Positions 54,950-64,000 of a stretch of DNA of 64,000 nucleotides are shown piece by piece. Both the position numbers and the translations under genes were made by a program. Each line of letters starts with the position of its first letter. Positions within the stretch are counted from its first letter, which is position 1. Origin of the DNA: the human T2T-CHM13v2.0 reference genome, Homo sapiens. Below the pieces are notes generated by a model, which made no database searches, had not been told where the DNA came from, and worked only from the letters and a program-made list of their open reading frames with translations. The stretch lies in assembly GCF_009914755.1 (NCBI RefSeq), contig NC_060934.1. One strand, given 5' to 3'.

Positions 54950-55290
54950 ATAAAACTACTTATGTACCAGCGCTTTGTAAATATTAATTCACTTAATCTT
55001 TATAATCCCCTGAGGTTGGTACAGGTTATCCGAAATGCTTCAATGAGCATTTCCTTTAAATATGATGTTTGAGTGTCAACTCAGTGCTGAAAGAGTTTTA
55101 GATTTTGAAGCATTTTGGATTTTGAATTTTCAGATTAGGGATGCTCAACCTGTACTGTTATTATCCCCATTTCCTAGATGAGGAATTTGAGGTCTAGAAA
55201 GTCCAAGTGACCTGGCCACAGTTACACGTCTTCTAAGTGGTAGAGTCCAGCTTGGAGCTCATCATTGCTTTGCTTTAATGTCCATTCTCT
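54950..55290 (-). mobile_element. MIR split by Tigger4a
   Basis: cacttaatctttataatcccctgaggttgg[Tigger]ctgttattatccccatttcctagatgaggaatttgagg. Confidence 0.8.
55022..55152. mobile_element. Internally deleted Tigger4a (MER46/Zombi) MITE
   Basis: caggtt...gattagggatgctcaacctg with TA on both sides. Confidence 0.8.
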
Positions 55291-55504
55291 TGATCCTTGT
55301 ACCATTCTGCCTCCCATTAATGACAATGCTTATCATCATCAAAAAGGAAGCTGCGGTAGCAAGCTGATGAGATTGGTAATAATTTAGCTCCAGAATTTTT
55401 GTATTACAGTTTCTATGGTAACCTTAACTCTTCCCTTTCGGTATGTGCTCATTCATACAGTTGAGCTCAGTTAGTTGCAGGTGCTATTTTGCTATTTCGT
55501 CTCA

Positions 55505-55937
55505 CAGGACTACTTTATCCATCAAGCACTATGAGCAAAAGGCCATGGGCCTTATGAACATGTTTGAGAATGAAAACAAAGTTTTTACTCCAAAATAAGA
55601 AAGCTGCAAAATTAAAATTAAGAAATCCCTTAATTTAATAGCTACAACATGTAATATAATGCCCACATTATTGTTAAATGTAGTTTTCATACACATTTCA
55701 ATACACTTGCAGTCTGTAGGTTTAATTGCTCACTTCATTAGAATTCCCAAGTAAGCAGGATCATTGCAGAATAATCATAACCAGTCATACATTATATAAG
55801 ATACTTATAGCAAATATTTTAAAATAAAATTATAAAAAAATTTTAAAATATTTTATAATAAAATGTTATATTTAATGTGAGTACCTTTTACTCTGACATG
55901 ACATGTAGAGGATCTGATGAAGGTCTTAAAGGCCTTG
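55505..55937. mobile_element. hAT-Tip100 (Zaphod/MER115-like) relic
   Basis: caggactactttatccatcaagcac... at the start, ...aaaggccttg at the end, AT-rich interior. Confidence 0.45.
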
Positions 55938-56294
55938 TTAGGACTTACTTCATTTTAATCCTTGACAAACTAACCAGCAAGCTGCCTACCTACTTCTCTG
56001 TACACACTAGCTATACTGAATAAGGCAAAGAAGAAAGCATACACCGTCTTATTGATGAGTTTTATAAGTAATCCACTTTTTAAAAGTAATAGCTATTTTT
56101 CCTATCCATTACCATGCAAATTCCTGAATTATTTCTAATTCTCATTTTTCTGATTTGGTCATTTTGAGATCTACTTCCTACAAGAAACAGCAGAGAACAG
56201 AAAATGTAGATTCCGTGAACACATAAGACCTCTCAGAACCCTTCGGCTGCTTGCTTGATTTTGAATATTCCATGACTCCTTCTCTGCATGGAGT

Positions 56295-56763
56295 ACAATT
56301 CTGAGCTTTTAGGAGGCCCTAGCAAATTACCACGACCTAGGCAGCTTTAAACATAACACAAATGTATTACCTTACAGTTCTGGAGGTCGGAAGTCTAAAA
56401 TGGATCTGCAAAGCTTCATTTTTTTTTCTGGGGGCTCTGGGAAAGAATCTGTTTCCTTGCCTTTTTCCAGCTTTTCGAGGCTGCCTGCATTCCTTAGTTC
56501 ATGCCCACCTTCCTGCATCTTCAAAACTAGCAGGATCTGGTTGGTGGATTTCTCACCCTGCACCCCTCTGACCTCCTCTTCTGCCTCCCTCTTCCCCTTT
56601 GAAGAATGCTTATGATGACATTGGTCCCACCCAGGTTGTCCAGGATAATCTCTCCATCTGAAGGTCCTTCGTTTAATCACTTCTGTAAAGTCCCTGTTGC
56701 CATGTAGAATTCCAAGGCTTAGTACATGTGCATCCTTGAGGGGCCATTATTTTGCCTGCCACA
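56295..56763 (-). mobile_element. MLT1C-like MaLR solo LTR
   Basis: cttacagttctggaggtcggaagtctaaaatg...gtccaggataatctc...ggggccattattttgcctgccaca. Confidence 0.85.
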
Positions 56764-57716
56764 GAGGCACAAGGCAAAATCTAGAAGAACAGATTTCTCA
56801 GGGCACCTAAGCTGCTGCCCAGCACACACTGTTAGTTATTCTCAGAGGTATATTCGGTTCATCTCACTCTGCTCCTGCTACTGGTTCCCTAATGCACCTT
56901 ACATTCTGCTTCTAAAGTTGCTGCTGCCTCTCTTCCTACTCATTACTTTTTTCTTAAACCTAATAACATGGAATATATGATTCACTACCTCCCTTTGATT
57001 CTGTTGGTAATAATGCCCTGTGCAGTAGACCCTTGGTGGGCAGAGCAGTGTATGTAGGCACATGTGCACGTCATGCCTGCACACCCCCATCATTTTTATT
57101 TCCCATCTTTACCTCTGGGTTTTCACTACTGTTTATTCAGAAAATATACATATATTCTTTAGAGAATTGCCACATGCAAGGAATTCATTCAAGACTTTGT
57201 GTGAAATAATAATGTACACAGCTGTAGTGAACTTGTTTTCTCTCTCCCCCTAGGCGCAATCCCCCTCCCCTTCCTCTTCATGCCCAGTCAGTTAAAGGTA
57301 CCAGAAGCAACAGTGGCGTAGACTTGTCAGACTCAGACCTGCCACTTAGCAGCTGTGATATCCTCCTCCGCATATTCCTTAATCTCTGTATGCGTCAGTT
57401 TCTTTATAGATTAAATGCAAATAGTGGCAGCTTTTCCACTTCAGACTGCGCTCAGGAATCAGTATTTCATTTGATTTTTAAACTGCCATCAAGGCTAAGA
57501 CAAAGCCCTTATGAGATAAAGGCCAAACTCCTCAGGATAGCTCTACAGGGCTCTTCCAAATCAGATCCCATCCTGACCTTCCAGCTTCACCTTCCATTGC
57601 TTCTACTGCATCTCACCCTCCCCAAACCAGATCTGCTTGCCAGGCGCCAGACATACTGAAGACAGGACATGACTTCAGGTTAGCTTCATGGTTTTTTTTC
57701 TTTTTTCCACTTTGAT

Positions 57717-57747
<31 letters not shown>

Positions 57748-58409
57748 GACGAAGTGAGGTGGGAGGACAAATGCCAGCCAGTGTTAGAGAGAGATTTTCT
57801 AGAACTCCCAAGGAGAATTATCATGCCTTGAGAAAGGGGAGGACATATACTGAATATGTTTAAATTTAGATTAAATGTATGTTTCCTTTTACAACATACA
57901 GTTAATCAGAGATAACTTTGTAGCGATCAGTGATTCCTAGCCAGAAGGCTAGGAATTTGGCATTATTAAATCTTATCTTCCCTAAATAAAGTAAATGGGA
58001 TACCCACAAATAACTGAGTCCTCATTTTACTCAATGGGCATTAGAAGTAACTAAATAAATTGAAAGTTGGCTGTTACTGAGGATGTTGCAACCTGATTTG
58101 GGGAGGAGTGGAGGAGGAGAAGACCATGAGAACTCTCACCTCTGGACAGGGCTTGGCACTCCGGAAGAGTTCCACTTTTTATGCACCTGATCCCTTAGCA
58201 CCACTAGGTGGTAAGAAAGCAACTGAAACCAACCTGAGAAGGGCCATTGACATTACATCCTCCCCAAGTCACCTCCATATGGAGGAAGAATGACTAGACC
58301 CACAGGAGTGAAAGCCACAAGGTCAGAGGAAAGGGGCTGCTGCTACCACATTCTCAGCTGCACTCTTGGTCTTGATACCCTTTACATAGACCTCTTTTAC
58401 TTCTTAAAT

Positions 58410-58545
58410 GCTGTGTCAAGGGCACTCAATTTGACTATTCTGAGTGGATGAATTTTTGATAAGTGGTGTTTGTCAACACCTGTCTCCCCATCGGGGAGAA
58501 GCCTTCTGGGACCCAGGCCATGCCCTGTCACCCTGTCACACCTCC
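58410..58545. promoter_or_regulatory. Candidate cardiac-type enhancer motif cluster
   Basis: Three NKX2-type sites, one GATA, two T-box and four TGTCA motifs within about 135 bp of non-repeat DNA. Confidence 0.4.
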
Positions 58546-59100
58546 TGACCACTATACATGCTGCTCCAGTAACTGAGCCACCCCCCACCCTCCTTACATG
58601 CTCATCAGGCAGTCCGTGCTCAGCAGCCCATCTGTGAAGCATTTCCTAGCCGGCTGCCACACCCAACACAAGCAAGGAAAGGCCATTCATTAATATTTTA
58701 TGCTAACCTTTAATGCACTATACAGGATATATATGTGTGTAGAACAGAATTTTCCTACAGACTTCTCATGAAAACATTTCACTCACTGGGCTGGGCTGGT
58801 CACCGTAGAAATCAAGTTAAATGACTACAGTGCCTGCCTGTTAGAGGCATTTGAATGTACACCATAGCAGGGACAGGGGCACACAAAGAAATGAGAGTAA
58901 CCCTCTGAGAAAAATCCTAACTTCTCATCCCGCCTGCCAATATTTTTTTCCTATAAGATAGTAAATAACTACAGCAAAACTTCTACTAAAATGCATGACT
59001 GACATTTCGTTTTTTGCTTTCTAGTTTGCAAGTTGTTTTCATGTTCGTTATCTCAGTGGATCTTGGCAACAACCCAGTGTAAAACTCGTTGTATTTTTCA

Positions 59101-59714
<614 letters not shown>

Positions 59715-60329
59715 TAAAACCCATTTTATAGATCATGAAATTGAGGCCCGATTTCATCAGTTGAGGCAATTGACTTATCTAAAGTTACAGAGCCGGTGGG
59801 CGTGGCAGTCAGGAGAGAAGAGTGTGGTCATCCATCTATTCATCCTCCACCAAGCCCTTAGCAGGCAGCTGCCATGGGAAGAGCACAAGGAAGAGCACAA
59901 GGGAGATGCTGATAAATGAACTCCACTTTCTCCCCTCAAGCCGCTGCTGCCTTGCTTTTCCCATGCACCATCCCGTGTTTCTCCCCGTTCCTCCTTGTTT
60001 CATCTGCCTGTTATTTCAGTAACTCATTCTGTGCTCAAAGGAAGCCCCCGTATGGTGTGCTTCCTTTATGTACTATGTTTCTCACCACTACACCATACGC
60101 TAACACAAGACTATTCAATGATTGAATCTCAGGCTTGTGACTTAAACAGTTTCCCACACATTGGGACATCGGGAAGCATTTGGGGGGAAGAACTACAGGA
60201 GACAGGGCAGCCTAGTTCTAGAAGTCATCATCAATAATGAAGATACAACAAGGCCGCCAAAGCAAGGGGGAAATCCAGGGAAATTTTACAAACAAATGAT
60301 AAACCATTGATTGTTGATTATAGGAAAAG

Positions 60330-60880
60330 CTCACAGAAATCAATTAAGGAAATTAACATATCCATACAATGAAGGGACAAAATATACAAAGGAGCACTTG
60401 ATAAACAAACTAATGACTAATAAAAATGACTGTAGTCTAACTAGTAGTCAATAAAGTAGATATTAAAACAATAATCTTCACCTGTCAAATTAGTGAAATA
60501 CATATATATATATATATTTGTGTGTGTGTGTGTGTGTGTGTGCATATGATGAAACAGGCACATTTTAAAAATACTGCTGGTGGAAGAACAGTGTGATAGG
60601 TCTTTCAGTAAAAGTAACTGGAGCTATGTATCAAGAGCTTCAAAAGAGTTCATATTCAGGTTCAGTAATTTCATTTTTAGGAATCTACCTTAAGGAAATA
60701 ATTAGAAATTTGGTCAAATACTCAAAACAGAAATGCTCAACACAACATGATTTATAAAAGTAGAAAATTGACAGCTTAGATGAATGGTAAAAAAAAAAAA
60801 TTCCATGAATTATCACAAAGCTCTGTGCTGTATCATAATAATGCAAAGAATATTTAAGGATGTCACAAAATGTCAACCAC
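60330..60880 (+). mobile_element. L1ME relic containing a (TA)n(TG)n microsatellite at about 60502-60542
   Basis: ttcacctgtcaaattag; gtatcaagagcttcaaaagagttcata...taggaatctaccttaaggaaataatt. Confidence 0.65.
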
Positions 60881-60979
60881 AATTAATTCTCCTGAAATCT
60901 TGGAAGAATGTCATCACTCTTCATATGGTAGAAATGGTGGGTGACAAGGGGCTTCCTCCACACAAGGCAGGGAGGGAGC

Positions 60980-61140
60980 ATGGGGCTGAGGACCAGACCT
61001 GGCTGCCACCACTTACTAACCGTGTGGCCATGGCAAAGTTGCTAGACTGCCCAGAGCTCCCAATTCCCCACAGTGTCCCTTACACCTACCTTAGCAGACA
61101 AATTGTGAGATAATGTGTATGAAAACGTTGATGTGGTAAA
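60980..61140 (+). mobile_element. MIR
   Basis: ccaccacttactaaccgtgtggccatggcaaagttgc. Confidence 0.65.
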
Positions 61141-61489
61141 GAAGCTAGGGCAGCTGCTGCTGGTAGCATAGAATGCAGGCACTGGAGAGAAAAAACTATT
61201 AGTGGGATGGATAACAGGCTGCAAAAGTACTTTATGAACTAAATTGCAGTATGTGTCTAAAGTAATATTTTAACTGATTACAAATTTTCATTCTTTTTCA
61301 CATACAGAACATTCATATCCCCAGCTGCCCTCAGTATCTTAAACATTCCAATTGCCTAATTATTCAGATGTCCTCCACCAACACAGTCCTGAGTCCTTTG
61401 ATCATCCCCATCCACACCAGCCCCCAAAGGTGGCTCCAAAAATCACCCAGACCCCTGCAGGGTAGCCCTATGTCAAAGGACTAGCTCTA

Positions 61490-61710
61490 GGGCCAGAAGA
61501 CCTGATTCAAAGCCCAGTTTTGTCACATGCCAGTTGCAAACCCCAAGCCAAAGTGCTTAACTACTGTAAAGCCACAGTTTCCTCAACTATAAAATGGGGA
61601 TAGCAGCTTCTACCTCATAGGGATGGTGAGCTTTTATTTGGATTATTTCATTTAATCATCTGTGCAATACCTGGCAGAGAGGAAACAGTACATGGTAGGT
61701 TTTATTACTA
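61490..61710 (+). mobile_element. MIR
   Basis: cagtttcctcaactataaaatggggatag...tacctcataggg. Confidence 0.8.
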
Positions 61711-62027
61711 CTACTGCCTCTAACTCATAGATGGCTTTCAGCTTCCAGTTACACAATGCTGTTCCTCCCAGCACTGCTCACATGTTCTAGTTAAGGACAA
61801 TAGAAGCAGCCTCCAGAGTGTAGGACAATGTCAGCCTGTGCAGAAAGCATAGATGGAGTCACAATGCGTGGCCCACAGCCTTTGGGGCTATCCAGACTGC
61901 TCATGGATGCCCCCAAACTGTGACTGGGGACATCTCAACCTACCCTGATGTAGGTTTTGGGAATAGGTACAAATTGAGCATGTGGTTAGCATTTGTAACA
62001 CTTCATGAAGATATTGGGAGGGGTGGG

Positions 62028-62404
62028 TGATATGACCTAGCCCTGTGTCCCCACCCAAATTTCATCTTGAATTGTAACACAAATTCTAATCCCCACGTTT
62101 TGGGGGAGGGACCTCATGGGAGGTGATTAGATCATGGGGTAGTTCCCCCATGCTGTTCTCATGATAGTAAGTGAGTTCTCAGGAGATCTGATGGTTTTAT
62201 AAGGGGTTTTCCCTGCTTCACTTGGCACTTCTCTCTCCTGCCACCATGTGAAGAAGAACGTGTTTGCTTCCCCTTCCACCATGATTGTAAGTTTCTTGAA
62301 GCCTCCCCAGCCATGTAGAACTGTGAGTCAATTAAACCTCTTTTCTTTGTAATTTACCCAATCTCAGATATTTCTTCATAGTGGTGTGAAAATGACCTAA
62401 TACA
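62028..62404 (+). mobile_element. THE1 (C/D-like) MaLR solo LTR
   Basis: tgatatg...tgtgtccccacccaaatttcatcttgaattgt...gaactgtgagtcaattaaacctc...ctaataca; ggtgg on both flanks. Confidence 0.92.
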
Positions 62405-62869
62405 GGTGGTATATCAGGGAAGACAAAAGTCACTGGGGAAGGATAGGATAGAGAGGAAGAAATCTGGTGTTGTCTATTACACCTGTGGAAATGATAGGAT
62501 TCTGAGGTCATGTTGACCAAAGAGCAGGGATTTGGGGGTATGGAATAGGCCACCAATTGAGTCAAGGCAGATGGAGACTGGTTTATGCCACATGCGTACC
62601 CAGCTTGAGTGGTCCTGCCCTGAGCAGTGAGCAAGTGACCAGCAAGGACTTCCAGGTGCCTGGTGTATTTCTGCTGGTGAGGCAGTCCCAGACCTTTCCT
62701 TCCTGTCACTTCATTGCCTTTCAGCTTATCTGGACACCTACTTGGTACTTCCCCATGCTGAAGGCTACGTCATAGTCATCACTGTTTCTTACGGTTGACT
62801 GGTGGAGACCTTTCCATTTTATGTTTCTTTTCCCGATTGTTCAACTGTTAAGAAGTGAGATAAGGGAAA

Positions 62870-63100
62870 TGAGTATGGGCTTTGCAGTCAGAAGAGGATT
62901 CACACTTCTACTGTGCCCCTTCCTAGTTCTGTGTCCTTGGCAAAGTTGTTTAATTTCTCTAAGCCTCCATTTCTAAACTATTTGTAACAAAAATATAAAA
63001 ATATGACATCACACTCCACTGTTGTAAAAATTTATTGAGAAAGAAAAGTATTTGGAAAAAAACTAGAATACAATATATGGTTAGTAAGTGATACTGTTTT
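62870..63100 (+). mobile_element. MIR
   Basis: gggctttgcagtcaga...tgtgtccttggcaaagttgtttaatttctctaagcctc. Confidence 0.7.
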
Positions 63101-63217
63101 TCTCTTTGGACAAAAAACATTTAAGAGAATTACTGAAATATTATTCTTGTGGCATTACGAATATCTAGTCAAATATGTTTGTAAATGTCTTGATGATCAA
63201 AAATATTTGACAGTTAT

Positions 63218-63735
<518 letters not shown>

Positions 63736-64000
63736 TTAAATGAACATCTTGCCTTTTGATTGATTATCTTAGCTGGTGATAAGGACATGTGAATGAAATC
63801 CCAGACTCCAAAGTATCAGGTTCTAAAGAGATTAGAGTGAGGAGGTAGATTTTGAGCTAAGAAGGATCATGCGTTAATGTCTAAGAATATGCATGCTATA
63901 AATTGTGACACCTCTGAAAGTGAAGTCAGCTGGCTTTCCTAGGCCAGCAAATTGCTGGTGACCCTGGAGAATTGTATAAGGCCACAATTTAATTGCACAG

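Overview
This is primate, most likely human, non-coding genomic DNA: either a deep intron or an intergenic region. It is AT-rich, CpG-poor, and roughly half interspersed repeats: Alus of J, S and Y age, L1PA and old L1M/L1ME pieces, many MIR and L2 relics, one CR1/L3 relic, MaLR and ERVL solo LTRs, and hAT and Tigger MITEs. I recognise no protein-coding exon, RNA gene or pseudogene, and I cannot name the locus. The long ORFs in the track are repeat read-throughs. The interesting signal lies in the repeat-poor blocks: (i) a compact NKX2-5/GATA/T-box/MEIS motif cluster at about 58.4-58.55 kb that looks like a cardiac enhancer; (ii) an unexplained ~96-nt hairpin at 43.37-43.47 kb; (iii) a probable ancient MER135 palindrome at 50.6 kb beside a CpG-retaining block; (iv) a GATA-rich segment and tandem STAT sites at 20-21 kb, followed by a microexon-like or recursive-splice-like site at 21.13 kb; and (v) several nested or same-site retrotransposon insertions with readable target-site duplications (TSDs). 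Repeat subfamilies were called from remembered consensus sequences, and boundaries of old elements are approximate. Nothing here amounts to a demonstrated new biological system; the regulatory and RNA calls are testable hypotheses.
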